Of a DNA stretch of 64,000 nt, positions 14,969 through 28,020 are shown in pieces. Numbering within the stretch: position 1 is the stretch's first letter; every line of letters starts with the position of its first letter. The notes below the pieces were generated by a model, which saw nothing but the letters and a program-made list of their open reading frames with translations, was not told the DNA's origin and ran no database searches. The position numbers were made by a program, and so were the translations under genes. Source of the stretch: Octopus sinensis (Eukaryota); the NCBI RefSeq assembly GCF_006345805.1, contig NW_021834788.1:7739-71738 (forward strand), in the 5' to 3' direction.

Positions 14969-15639
14969 TACACATACATCCATATATACAAACACACGTA
15001 TGTTATATATATGTATGTATGTGTGTATGTGGGGTGTGACGTGCGTTTTTTATTCTTTGATTGAGTAGCGTCTGCTTACGTGTAATGCCTGTATAATTTG
15101 TATGTGTGTTTTTTATGTGCCTATGTGGTAATGTGTGTGTGTGTGTGTTTTGTACTTTTGCAATAACACGATATATCTTGACAATATTATACACATGCAC
15201 TGCCAGTTATGTGTATATATGTAAAGTGTCGACTCTGATAGAAGTGACTTTATATAGTAGCAGCTATGCTGTAAAAGTATATCATCTTTAGACAGTTCTA
15301 CTGAGGACCCCATTAGCCACATTACCATTGTTATTTTCAGTTTGGGCCCAATGATTTATAGTAATCAAGATCCTACCACGAGACCATCGTATGTTTATAT
15401 TACTTAAATTAGAATACTATCAATACACAAAGTCACAACCGCAATCATCCGCCCCGACTTTGCATATAAATGTGGTTCTCATATACATGTGTGTTGTTTT
15501 GAAACCCTAAGACCTTGGCTTCTTGTCCCCGAGGTTTAACTTTCGTAGACTCTGTATTCAACAAGCCTGGTTCTGAGTTAAGTATTTGTTGTCCCGCGGG
15601 GAAAATAAATACTACGTTGGCCGTTTCCTCTTATTTTCA

Positions 15640-16200
15640 ATGGAGACATCACTGAGATATTGGGTTCGCGCTGTGTTTAATTGTTGGGATCCACCATAGA
15701 TCGTCCGTTTCCACTCCTACTGATTAATCGCTAACGATTTTCAGTTGTACATAAAGATACTACCCTGTTGTAAATTTCCTATCAGTTTGTCTCTAAGTCG
15801 CTACTTTCTTCGTCGTTATGTCTAGTTTCCGTCTATATGCTTTGAGTAAGATAATTGTTTGATCAATCGATAGCTCTTCATAACACGACTATCACATCGT
15901 AGAAGACGTCGCGTATTTATAGTTTCATCTCAGATATATTGTGTTCGAGTATTCAGACATTTTCTCGTCTTTTCTGCAAGTAAATTCGCATTATTTTTCT
16001 TAAGCCATCTCCTGTAGTATATTTCCAATGTATTGAAATGCCTCTTATGACTCATCCAAGTTCTCATAAGAACTATCTGTCTACTACGCCATAAGTTTGG
16101 TTGCTGTCTTCTCAGACGAACAAAAATTTTACCTACGCTGTTTTTGCTACTCATGATCAGCTGAATGAATGTGAACAACGTGAAATGATGCTCTTTGCTC
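15640..16200 (-). pseudogene. RTE-clade LINE, decayed C-terminal ORF region
   Basis: Minus-strand pieces LWRSRQI...TWMSHKRHFNTLEIYYRRWLKK...YRLIKQLSYS...EWKRTIYGG resemble the RTE post-RT region. Confidence 0.6.
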
Positions 16201-16232
16201 AAAGAACTAATACTTAGCCTGGTCCAGAAATA

Positions 16233-16625
16233 GAACGCATTACTCTATGCTGTTGTTGTTGTTGTTAAGCAACAAGACGGGTAAGGGTGATTAAGTGATG
16301 GTCTAGGGCTTAAGGGCGGGAGACCCCAGACCTTGGGGAAAAAAAACTTTGGTCGTCTTGTAGTCGAGGTGGCCCTCGAAGTCGCTGGAAATGGTGATCT
16401 CCAGGTCCAAATTCTTGAACGCATTACTCTATGCTGTTGTTGTTGTTATTGTTAAGCAACAAGACGCGTAAGGGTGATTAGGTGATGGTCTAGGGCTTAG
16501 GGGCAGGAGACCCCAGACCTTGGGAAAAAAAAACTTTGGTCGTCTTGTTGTAGTCGAGGTGGCCCTCGAAGTCGCTGGAAATGGAGATCTCCAGGTCCAA
16601 ATTCTTGAACACATTACTCTATGCT
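16233..16625. repeat. local tandem duplication, ~185-190 bp unit (two units plus a stub)
   Basis: GAACGCATTACTCTATGCT recurs near 16233, 16417 and 16607; the units differ by several substitutions and indels. Confidence 0.9.
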
Positions 16626-16954
16626 TGTGAGTCTAGCACTCTAACAAGTAAGCAATCCTTCACTTATACTATTAGTATTATTAATATACCATTACTGATA
16701 CCATTTTTATTACTTCTGCCTCTAAAATTCACTTATTACAGTTCACATCGCATTTAACGTAAACACTTGCATCAGGATCATTAACTTCAGCTTCACTATC
16801 CTGTATTACTAACGTCATTAGCTCAACCATCAACATCAAATGTACCTCTGTTTCATCTCCAGAATAACCTCTTTCATTTCCGTCACTATCAGATACCTTT
16901 ACATCTACAATCACTGTCACTATCAAGTAAACTTATAATGTTTACCACGATAAG

Positions 16955-17480
16955 AACCACCACCACGACCACCGCGCCGCCGCCACCACCACCACCACCA
17001 CCACTACTACCACAACCATCACCACCACCACAACTACAACAACCATCACCACCGCCACTACTACCACAACCATCACCACCGCCACCACTACAACAACCAC
17101 CACCACCACCACCACTACAACAACCACCACCACAACCACCACCACCATCACCGATACCACCACCGCCACCACTACCACCACCAGAACCACCACCGCCACC
17201 ATCACCACTATCACTACAACCCCCACCACCATCATCATCAACACCACCACAACCACCACCACCACAACCACCACTACAACAACCACCACCACCACCACCA
17301 CCACAACCACCACCACCATCACCGATACCACCACAACCACCACTACCACCACCAGAACCACCACCACCACTATCACCCCCACAACCACACCCACCACCAC
17401 CACCACCTCCACCGACACCACCCAGCAACACCACAACAAGGTCAACAACAACGACAACGACGCCGATGACCGCCGCCACC
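16955..17480. repeat. (CCA/CAA)n low-complexity tract
   Basis: Degenerate ACC triplets; source of the poly-Pro/Gly/Val ORFs. Confidence 0.9.
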
Positions 17481-18249
17481 TTCATCCATGACTAGCTCAC
17501 TATTTTACCTACCGACCCTGTAGCCCCTGATGGTAAATTATTTGCTCTTAACATATTGGGTTTTTAGACTATTTGTCTAAGCCATGTTATTCATTCCTTT
17601 TACTTCTTCCTTTTCTTCATATTGTATGCTCTTGTTTTACACTCTGATGAAGATCCGTTGCCTTATTTCGAATCCCCTATGGAGATGAAAAACTTTATTC
17701 TCCCATTTATTTATAGACTGCATTTAGGCAATCCGATCAGTAACGGCCGTAAGATATGTTACGTCACCTATTTTGTTATGTAAAGCTTTATATTCAAAAA
17801 TATGGTATAAATGTGGTCCAATCGATGGGTTGGTTAATCTGTGGTTTTCTCCATTTTCTAAGTATTTGCATTGGTTCCTGATAAACTCTTTTCTATCCTT
17901 TTGTTATCTGCACTCTACGTCTATGGTGTGCCTGCACACCATTGCCCGGAGATAATACAGGTAACGGATACCGATTGTATACACGGATATGTTATCCCTT
18001 AGTCGGTTACTATGACCGCTAACTCTGCATTTGATATATATACACACACAAACACACGCATACACACACACACACACACAGACATATATATATATGTCGG
18101 GTGACTTTTGGCCAACCTATATATATACAGACATATAGTCTTGGAATAGAAATCACAATCACTAGAGCAACATCCGACCACTAGGCCATACACCCTCGCA
18201 CACACACACATACATATACATACTTATACATATATCTATCTATCTATAT

Positions 18250-18287
<38 letters not shown>

Positions 18288-18368
18288 AATACAATATATA
18301 ATGTAATATATATGTATATATATATACATACACATATATATACATACATATATATATATATCTATATA

Positions 18369-18400
<32 letters not shown>

Positions 18401-18412
18401 CATATATATATA

Positions 18413-18508
<96 letters not shown>

Positions 18509-18577
18509 ATATATATATACACATATATAAGTATATGAAAGAATGGAGTTGAACGACTAGTTAACATATATCCTTTA

Positions 18578-18660
18578 TTCTCGACATATGTTTCGAAGGC
18601 TGCATATTCCTAATTCCGAAGGAATCAGGAGTACATTATGCAGATTTCTCATCAGGAATA
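18578..18660 (-). ncRNA. type I hammerhead ribozyme (antisense arm of P1)
   Basis: Reverse complement reads TTC CTGATGA GAA..CTGCATA...TATGCAG..TTC GAAA CATATG TC GAG; stem I is shorter than in the plus-strand copy. Confidence 0.6.
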
Positions 18661-18753
18661 TCAAGGAACTTATGTCGACATCAAAATGCACAAAAAACTT
18701 TTACCTGACCGGTCAGCTAAAAGTTTTGTGTGCATTTTGATGTTATTCCTTGA

Positions 18754-18836
18754 TTTTCCTGATGAGAAATCTGCATAATGTACTCCTTATTCCTTCGAAA
18801 TTAGGAATATGCAGCCTTCGAAACATATGTCGAGAA
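18754..18836 (+). ncRNA. type I hammerhead ribozyme with extended stem II
   Basis: TTTTC-CTGATGA-GAA(AT)CTGCATA...TATGCAG(CC)TTC-GAAA-CATATG-TC-GAGAA; intact core, palindromic stem III ACATATGT, GUC site after 18831. Confidence 0.75.
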
Positions 18837-19071
18837 TAAAGGATATATGTTAACTAGTCGTTCAACTCCATTCTTTCATATACTTATAATTTTAAAATAA
18901 ACATACAAATTTCCGCACGAAGACAAGTAGTCTATGCCCTAGGGACGTAGCTTCAACCGTGTTCTTTCTGATGTGAATTTGCTACCCAGGTATCGGTTAT
19001 CTTTCGAATTATCCTTAATAAGATAATTCATTCAATTATTCAAATATACACATATATATATATATATATAC

Positions 19072-19134
<63 letters not shown>

Positions 19135-20047
19135 ATATTTAAAGGTATTTTGTATGTCTATCTATCTATAAATATGCATACACAGAATTTTTGTCTGCCT
19201 GTATAGAAACAAATATAATATATGTAAATGTATGCATATATAAACTCGTATATATATACAGGAATCATCAAGAGATTAGAAAGAGAGCGGGAGGGGGACA
19301 GAGAGGAGTAAGGAGACATACACTCATTAATATTTGCTTTAATGCCTAAATGTCCTCTGTATTTGTCTGGGTGCACATGTATTAAAGTGTTTGTAGCCGT
19401 GTTTCTTTTATCGTTGCACACTCGCTCCCTCTGCAACATAACAAACACATTTTGTCTATCATTCTCTCTCTTACACACATACACATACAAACTCTCATTC
19501 TCTCTCTCCCTCACCCTCTCTCAAGCGGACATGCATAGTTTATCTTTGTTATTCTCGGAATAATAAGAAAGCGATATTCTATGGGGAAGGGCTCGATGTA
19601 GTCTACCAGGCTGTTACTTAAATAAATATAAATAATCAGCTGATAACTACAAATAACTATTTTATCTCATCGGGGCGTTCATCAATTACTTTCCAATTGT
19701 AGCATATATCAATTTCTTTGTAATATATAGTCATTGAATAGAAAATATTTTTTTGCTGTCTGGACATCCTTCCGTTTGTACTATACATATTCAGTAGCGA
19801 AGTAACGTCATTTTCGGTTTGATGCAGCAAAAGACCCCATTGAATCATGCCATCTCTTTAAATTTTCTCTTCTTCAATACTACTCTCTCACTTTCTTTGT
19901 CTCTCTCCTCTTTTCTCTCTTGCTCTCTCTCTCTCTCCCCTCTCATTTCTGAGTATCTTTATATATATGTGTGTGTGTGTGGCGTATATATATATATATA
20001 TATATAATATATATATATAATATATATATATATATATAATTATAATA

Positions 20048-20640
20048 ATAATATTAGGGAGTATATCAAAACTTACAGGGAAAGATTAGATTTAGGATTA
20101 AATCAAATTTCACAGTATGAATATGAATATAAATTAAATCTCTCTCTATATAAACGGCAGTTTGTCTGTGCGTTTTCTGTCTGTCTGTTTTCTCGTACCC
20201 TCACTCTGACCACGGCTTTCAACCGATTCTGATGAAACTTGACACACACATAGCCCAATGTCATAATTCAAAACTAACGCAGCGAAAATTTTGAAAAGTT
20301 CCCCCAGTTCTGAAAAAAATCGATAAATTCGACATGGGGTCGAGAATCAGGAACCCAAACCACAGACCGTCTAGGGGACGCAACTCCACCTTTTTTAACT
20401 CTCAAAAAAAATTTACCATCATTTTTTTCCCATTTTTTTGCTATTTTTTGGCTATAACTCTCTAAAAATGCTTTATAGTTATTTCCCTTACAAACCTGAG
20501 CAACGCCGGGCGATACTGCTAGTTAGAGATAAAACCACTATTAGGCAACTCAAACAGTGATAGACATAAACCAAAACATAAAAAACAATGAATAAATATA
20601 ATTAATATAATATACAAAATATATATAAAATTTGAATTTA
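20048..20640 (-). mobile_element. diverged tail and arm fragment of hammerhead family P2, interrupted by a Helitron
   Basis: AATATTAGGGAG...CTTACAGGGAAAGATTAGATTTAGGATT...TTAGAGATAAAACCACTATTA matches the reverse complement of the tail and arm near 57000-57156. Confidence 0.7.
20139..20522 (+). mobile_element. non-autonomous Helitron
   Basis: A|TC 5' end, subterminal hairpin CCTGAGCAACGCCGGG, CTAG|T 3' end, no TSD; removing it rejoins the P2 sequence. Confidence 0.85.
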
Positions 20641-20694
20641 TAAATTTTTAAACTTTTAAACTTTTCCCTTCCTTGGATCTTTCCTTTTCCTATG

Positions 20695-20727
20695 TTTCTG
20701 ACAGAGAGCTCCGCTCGAAACGTTAAA
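20695..20727 (+). ncRNA. near-canonical minimal hammerhead (1-nt core insertion)
   Basis: TTT-CTGACAGA-GAGC TCC GCTC-GAAA-CG-TT-AAA. Confidence 0.45.
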
Positions 20728-21772
20728 TCCTCCTTCTTTCATTCCTTTCCTGAGCGTCCAATAACACTATACTTGTTCCACGTCCTCGCGTTGTTGTGTT
20801 TTCTCTTTGTGTTTTCAAGTTTGGATTAACTATATATATATACACGCGCACATACACACACACACACACAATAACACACATACGCTTCATTTCACGTCCT
20901 TTACTCTCCTTTATCAATGCAGTTCTGTTTATATTTCATTTGAATTTAAATTTTCATTGTATTTTATCCTTAAATTGTTGACCATATTCTGTGTATAGCC
21001 TATCGCCGACCATACCACATAACTGCCAGAAATATGTGTTACATCCACTCGCTCCGAGCGGTCGATTGCAAGCAAGAGATTCCGATATGTAAATATATTA
21101 AATATATGGTAGCTTATGTGATACATATATTTCCATATTTTATTTGCAATGCATAACAATGTTGCTCGATACAAGCAATGCATAATTATTCTCCTCGGGT
21201 TCATTAATATTTTCTTTCATTTTCGAGAGAGATCCCCATAAATAATTATTTTCACTTTTGTACGAAGAGCTTTAAATACTGCGATTAAGCATTCGTTATT
21301 TAAGATATCCATCATGCTGTAGTGTTTTGGATTTGAATGGAATATCTGAAATGAAAAGTATTGGCGATTTGACTGAAAATGTATAGCTAATGCAAGAGTA
21401 CTCTCTGTATAAGAAACATTGATAATACAGAGTGAAAAGGGAAATATTAACGAGATGGAGTCGAAAGCGAGAAGGTGACGGCAGTGAATTTAACATGGTG
21501 GCAGTGAAGGTGACAGTTGGGCAGGAGGTAGTTATAGTGATAGTAGTGGTGATATTGCTGTTGGATGGTACTTTGCTGGTAATGTGGACAGCAGGTCTAG
21601 GTGTTACGGTAGGTTCATAGATGGCTCCTTCAGCCAGTTACATCCGCACTAGCGCTGCAGCTACATCACCAAACACATGACCATTAGTGGTAACCACGGT
21701 GATAACACCGCCAGATCATTGCACCTTATCGACTGCGTCAGCACCGGTGTTACCAACAGCATCCCCAGGTCA

Positions 21773-22140
21773 GGAGCTTATCGGAGATGTACCATGAGTG
21801 CGAATATAACCACATTCCAAGTTTGTAAATATATCGGATCAGCCAGTACATCTTTCAAACGTCGCTTCCGCAACCACCAGTCATCCTTCAGAGTCCCAGA
21901 AAGACGGTTTGTACGTCCCTGGTCCGTCATGTGTGCCACCTTAAAGATCAAGGAACCGCGTGTGATATGAAGTGGAAAATAATAGATCATCCAGGCGCAT
22001 GGGAGTAGCCGTTGCAAAATCTGCATCACGGAGAGGGCCTAAATTCTTAAGGACTATACTACACCTGGCGTGTCAAATAGTCGTAAAGAATTTTTTTCTA
22101 AATCTGTCTACTTCAAGCGCAATCGGTTGGAAAATTGGAT
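21773..22140 (+). pseudogene. Penelope-like element GIY-YIG endonuclease fragment
   Basis: GAYRRCT...KYIGSASTSFKRRFRNHQSSFR, then after a frameshift LVRHVCHLKDQGTACDMKWKII, and CKICITE...NSRKEFF; matches the PLE GIY-YIG C-terminal pattern (YIG, F..R..NH..SF, W.I, CxxC..E, N.R.E). Confidence 0.8.
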
Positions 22141-22375
22141 CCCCCCCCTTTGCTAATTTGACTTTTTCGGGTCTATAGGTGTTTTTTTATCATCTGGTTC
22201 AGAGAAGACAAACCGTCCTCCTTAACGCTTTTACGTGGTAAAACTTAAATCTCGATTTCTGAGGGCATCCTCACGTCCGCAACGTAGAAAGCTCAATTTT
22301 TTTTTGTTTTTGTATAGAGTCTGACTAGCAATCCAGAAGGCTTTAGTTTTGTGGACACGAAACTTTTGTCCCAAA

Positions 22376-22420
<45 letters not shown>

Positions 22421-23082
22421 GATTGGCTTCTTTCAGCTTCCGTCTACCAAATCCGCTCACAAGGCTTTAGTCGAACCGAAGCTGTCGATAGGAGAAGGTG
22501 CCAGCCGCTATAGAAGTTGGATGCTTGGCTCATTTCCTCAGGACCCCAATGATGCTTACATGGCACACGGAGAAAAAGATGAGTTTAAATGCGAGATACA
22601 GGGGCCGTTAAAACAAGAGACGCTGGAAGACTTGGTGGCAGACAATGAGTAAAAGAACGCTACAGACACACAGTGGGAAGGAAAGGGTCATCGGCACAAC
22701 GTAATTATAGAATTATAGTAAGGATTAGTTTTGTTTCGTTGAATCAAATTTTAATTAAGTAAATATTTATCGTCTGAATATTAAAATTCATTTCATCAAT
22801 TTTGTATAAGCACAAAGAAGTTTCATAAAAAAAAAAATTAGATTGTAATTCTTGTACGTATGACATATTTCCTGATATTATCCATGGCGACAAATGTATA
22901 CTTCCAAAGTTTTCTATCATATGGAAAGTAACACTGGTAAATTATAAATAAGCATTTTTATATGTATGTATGGTATATATGTGTGTACGCACGTAAAACG
23001 TTTCACAAGTCTAAATGCTTTTAATATTTCCGTTAACCATTTGTTTTCAATCAATTCCATATTAGATAATAATAATTATTAT

Positions 23083-23132
<50 letters not shown>

Positions 23133-23152
23133 ACAGTAGTAGTAGTAGTAAC

Positions 23153-23200
<48 letters not shown>
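23083..23200. repeat. (TAG)n repeat
   Basis: Directly visible. Confidence 0.95.
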
Positions 23201-23324
23201 CTCTGGTAGTAATGTTAATGATTACGAAAATAGCATAAAACTTGTTAAAAGAAAAGCTCCATGCTATGTATCTCTATTTATTTTTCATTCTGTCTGACTG
23301 TCTGTCTGTCTCTCTCTCTCACTG

Positions 23325-23361
<37 letters not shown>

Positions 23362-23504
23362 TACTTATACATATACACATAGGGTAACGAAAAGTAAGCT
23401 GCGCCAAACTACATATCAATCTTTCTGCACTCGGTCGCCAGAAATAGGGGCCAAGTCACCTTTCAGTTAAGATACACACAAATACACACACACATATATG
23501 TATG

Positions 23505-23577
<73 letters not shown>

Positions 23578-23804
23578 GTATATAATTTAGAGAAAAAACC
23601 TATATTAAATAATTCAATAATGAAAGAAGTTATTGTTATTCACACCATATAGAAAACATATACTATAAAAATTACCTTATTTTAAATCAATAAAGTACAG
23701 TAAATAATAAACAGTAGTAAAAAGACAACGCACGTTTCATCGCTGTATTATAATATTTCTATTACAATAATATTATAATATCTCTATTTATACTACTATT
23801 ATAT

Positions 23805-23835
<31 letters not shown>

Positions 23836-24454
23836 GTGTGTGTGTTTGTGTATACGTATACATATATATATGTGTGTGTGTGTGCGTGCGTATATATATA
23901 TATATATATATTTGTAATAAACATGTAATGTACATGCATTCACATCCACGCATCTATGTACACAGCCGAGATGTACCTTTGATACTTAGCAGAGTTTCCA
24001 TTATAGGGAGCCGTTTCTTTAGCTACATGCACAATTTCTTTCTTCATTTCATTAGAAATAATCATTTGAGCGTAATCTAACATGCATCTATAATGAATCA
24101 CATGCTGCAACTGCAATTTACTTTCCAATGATTCCTTAAAGTTTCGTGAAAAAACTAGTTTTCTTATCTATATTCTTTAATTAAATATACGCATTCTATT
24201 CTTAACCGAAAATATGTATTTCAATGATTTTCTTTCACAAAATTTTTTTTTTTATAAATGCCCTCCATTCGTGATTGTCATATCAAAACATACATGTTCT
24301 CTACACAAACGCACACACAATCCCTCCACACACACGTACGCATGCATGCATGCACAAAGAAGCATTCACATGCAGGTGTACAGCCGAATTATTTTAGAAA
24401 TACGGAGAATGTTACAATGACTTTGATAATTCTGTTTTTAGTGTCAATATGCTA

Positions 24455-25020
24455 TTGGGTTGTCCGGAAAGTTCGTGCCGATTTATAGTAGCTTACCTTT
24501 CGACTTATTTTAGAACATGGTTGAGTTCATCAAATAGGATTTGACTACACCTTCATTTTGAGCACAGTTTAAGCTAGCTTTTCGTCGAAGAAGGTTTATG
24601 TTCCTATAACCTGTGTTAATTCTGTAACCCTTTAAAATGGAAGATAAGAAAGTTCATTTTCGGCACTTGATGCTTTGGGAACCAGGCAAAAATTGCTGCA
24701 GCTTGGCTAGTATGTGTTACCCCACTTTCCATATTCACCAGATATTGCTCCTTCGGATTTCCACTTATTCAGGTCTGTGCAGAATAGTCTTAATGGTAAA
24801 AATTTCAATTCCTTGGATGACATAAAAAGATACCTTGATGAATTCTTTGCCATGAAACCACCTCAATTCTGGGAAGAGGATAATTTGAAGTTAATGGAAA
24901 GATGGAGTCGCATTGTGCAACAAAGTGGTTCATATTTGGTTGATTAAAAATGTAATGGCAAATATTTATTGACCTTTTTCTTTACTTCAAAAATCGGCAT
25001 GAACTTTCCAGACAACCCAA
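24455..25020 (+). mobile_element. internally deleted mariner transposon
   Basis: TA-flanked ~30-bp TIRs TTGGGTTGTCCGGAAAGTTCGTGCCGATTT / AAATCGGCATGAACTTTCCAGACAACCCAA; N-terminus MEDKKVHFRHLMLWE fused to C-terminal LPHFPYSPDIAPSDFHLFRS...GSYLVD*. Confidence 0.92.
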
Positions 25021-25744
25021 TATATTACATTACGTTATAATGAATTCTTAGTTCATCGCTTTTTCATGGCTTGTTCGCATTGAATTAATACCACAATTAC
25101 ATTCACAAGTCCAGTTTTAGTTTAATTCAACGGTGCTTATTAGAAATAAAAGTATAGCTCATCTTACTTCCTTTATAGTTACATCCTTTTCGAATTTACA
25201 CTGCTTTTTAGAGAAATTAAAGTTAAAAAATTAAACTTCAAATTTACGTCTGTGTAAGCGAACACATTTAAAAGCATAAATATTTTTTTAAATATCTAAA
25301 AATCAACAATGAAGTGCAAAAAATAATAATAATAAAATACACGCGAAATATGTACAAATCATTTATTAAAACTGATATAAGCTAATAAAATTTTAAATAC
25401 ATTTTACCGCGTTACATTGCTTTTGGAGTTTTGTCGAATGCCGTATAACACATTTCCGATAGTAGTTGAGGTATGCCCGTAATATATTTTTCATTGTCGG
25501 ATATATATGTAGAGACTAGTTACAGTGTGGATAATAATTATTATAGAGAGCGAATTAGTATTTTTTAAGTGGAGAATATTTCTTGTTATATTGGTTCCGG
25601 CTCTTTGTGATTAGGGGCCTTCATCGACTTTCTCTCTCATATACGCGGGGTAAAAAAACTAATGTACCAGTTCCTTACTGTTATCAAGTTTTCTTTTATC
25701 CCCTCCTCCCTCCTCCTCTGCGTGTATATATATATATATATATA

Positions 25745-25867
25745 AAATAATAAGGGTGAAAAATTGAATATTATTCGCAAAATCACCGAACCTGGAACTT
25801 AACTATGGCCTGTCTATAGCACTTATTCAGCAGGACCTGACACCTTTGGGTCTCAATGACACCATTA
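25745..25867 (+). repeat. TA-embedded dispersed repeat related to the P4 tail
   Basis: 25771-25867 is the reverse complement of 32544-32640. Confidence 0.75.
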
Positions 25868-25873
25868 CCTATG

Positions 25874-25905
<32 letters not shown>

Positions 25906-25908
25906 GTA

Positions 25909-25944
<36 letters not shown>

Positions 25945-26010
25945 TGTATGTATGTATGTATGTATGTATGTATGTATGTATGTATGTATGTATGTATGTA
26001 TGTATGTATA

Positions 26011-26601
26011 CTATATATCTTGTTGTTTTAGCAACTAAATGCTCACCATCGAGGCTAATTGAATCTACCAGTCATGTTCATATAAACATTTGTTTAAAGG
26101 GGAAATGAAATATAAAATTTAAATCAATGGTTATTCCCTCTATATTTCTTCCATATAATACATCAAACGACTTCTTACCTAGCCGTCAAGACGAGAGCAA
26201 TAAAATTTTGTTAAATATTCCAAATTATTTTGCGCAATGTATTTTCAATGCAGTAGGTGTTTTTTGGTTTTTACATATGTGGATATGTTCATAAGGTAGC
26301 GCCATTACGTCTGTGCTAGTTTCTACAGACCGGCGAGTTGCAGGTCATCATTACGTCATAAGTCGGTCGAAAGAATGCTGATCCTACAATGGGCGACTGT
26401 TTAGAAAAGAGGCAAAATATTGTGAAGCTGATCATTGGTTTAGATTCTATGTTGGATTGAACTGAGCTGCAATCTACTTATTGCAATTTCAATTTTATTT
26501 TTACTATCACACCCGCGTCTCTCTTTCTCTCTTTTTTTTACTTATAAAATGTTAGAAGCTCACACACGCGCGCCCGCACGCGCAGACTCAAACGCGCTCA
26601 C

Positions 26602-26633
<32 letters not shown>

Positions 26634-27308
26634 TATATATGTGTATATATATGTATATATATATATGTGTATATATATGTATATATATATGTATATATAT
26701 ATGTATGTATGTATACTATATATCTTGTTGTTTTAGCAACTAAATGCTCACCATCGAGGCTAATTGAATCTACCAGTCATGTTCATATAAACATTTGTTT
26801 AAAGGGGAAATGAAATATAAAATTTAAATCAATGGTTATTCCCTCTATATTTCTTCCATATAATACATCAAACGACTTCTTACCTAGCCGTCAAGACGAG
26901 AGCAATAAAATTTTGTTAAATATTCCAAATTATTTTGCGCAATGTATTTTCAATGCAGTAGGTGTTTTTTGGTTTTTACATATGTGGATATGTTCATAAG
27001 GTAGCGCCATTACGTCTGTGCTAGTTTCTACAGACCGGCGAGTTGCAGGTCATCATTACGTCATAAGTCGGTCGAAAGAATGCTGATCCTACAATGGGCG
27101 ACTGTTTAGAAAAGAGGCAAAATATTGTGAAGCTGATCATTGGTTTAGATTCTATGTTGGATTGAACTGAGCTGCAATCTACTTATTGCAATTTCAATTT
27201 TATTTTTACTATCACACCCGCGTCTCTCTTTCTCTCTTTTTTTTTACTTATAAAATGTTAGAAGCTCACACACGCGCGCCCGCACGCGCAGACTCAAACG
27301 CGCTCACA
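26011..27308. repeat. tandem duplication of a ~590-bp unique segment (period 705-706)
   Basis: 26011-26602 matches 26716-27308 apart from one T in a poly-T run; the units are joined by TA/TATG repeats. Confidence 0.92.
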
Positions 27309-27392
27309 TATATATATATATATATATACATTTATGTGTGTGTCTGTGTAAATTATACAAGTGCATGTACATTGATGTTTGCATGATGTATA

Positions 27393-27428
<36 letters not shown>

Positions 27429-27538
27429 TGTGCGTGTGTGTGGTTAGATAGCACCTTAAGTAATGACTATTTTGTTCGCGTTGCTATTTTTAAGAAAATA
27501 TTTCTTTTATATATATGTGTGTGTATGTGTGTGTTTGA

Positions 27539-27574
<36 letters not shown>

Positions 27575-27605
27575 ATACGTGTTTGCATATACATACATGC
27601 ATACA

Positions 27606-27661
<56 letters not shown>

Positions 27662-28020
27662 AATATAGATAATATATATATGCATACATATAAACATATA
27701 TACATACACGCGAACACAGCACACATGTACAAGTATGTATCCAGCGAAATTATACGCAAGCAGACAATGAAGTCTAGAAATAGATATAACGACAAAACGA
27801 TGAATACACGGCTAGAATAAAGTATAAAGCATAGAGAAATAGAGAGAATGAGTTATAATGAGGGATGAACTGACTGTTTAAGGTGATGGCATATTGACTA
27901 TAATCATTCTAAGCTACGTATGCGATTCATTATTACCTTAAATTTTAGGAATCATAGGTTTGGCCGACCCACTATTTAACGAAGTATATAATTTAGCATA
28001 TACATACACACATACATATA

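Larger units (their letters stand above)
18526..19044 (+). mobile_element. fold-back hammerhead element, family P1 (palindrome 18526-18888 plus tail) in (TA)n
   Basis: ~180-bp arms centred on CTGACC|GGTCAG (18710/18711), an HHR in each arm, unpaired ~155-bp tail 18889-19044, (TA)n on both sides. Confidence 0.8.

Noticed and set aside
16889-17495. 185-198 aa Pro-rich and Gly-rich ORFs resembling extensin or formin-like proteins
   Set aside because: Translation of a degenerate (CCA)n tract that is open in several frames on both strands; no unique domain or splice evidence.
23724-23746. Minus-strand GAAACGTGCGTTGTC, a 3' half of an HHR in a TA-flanked segment
   Set aside because: The CTGANGA half is absent; at most a truncated remnant.
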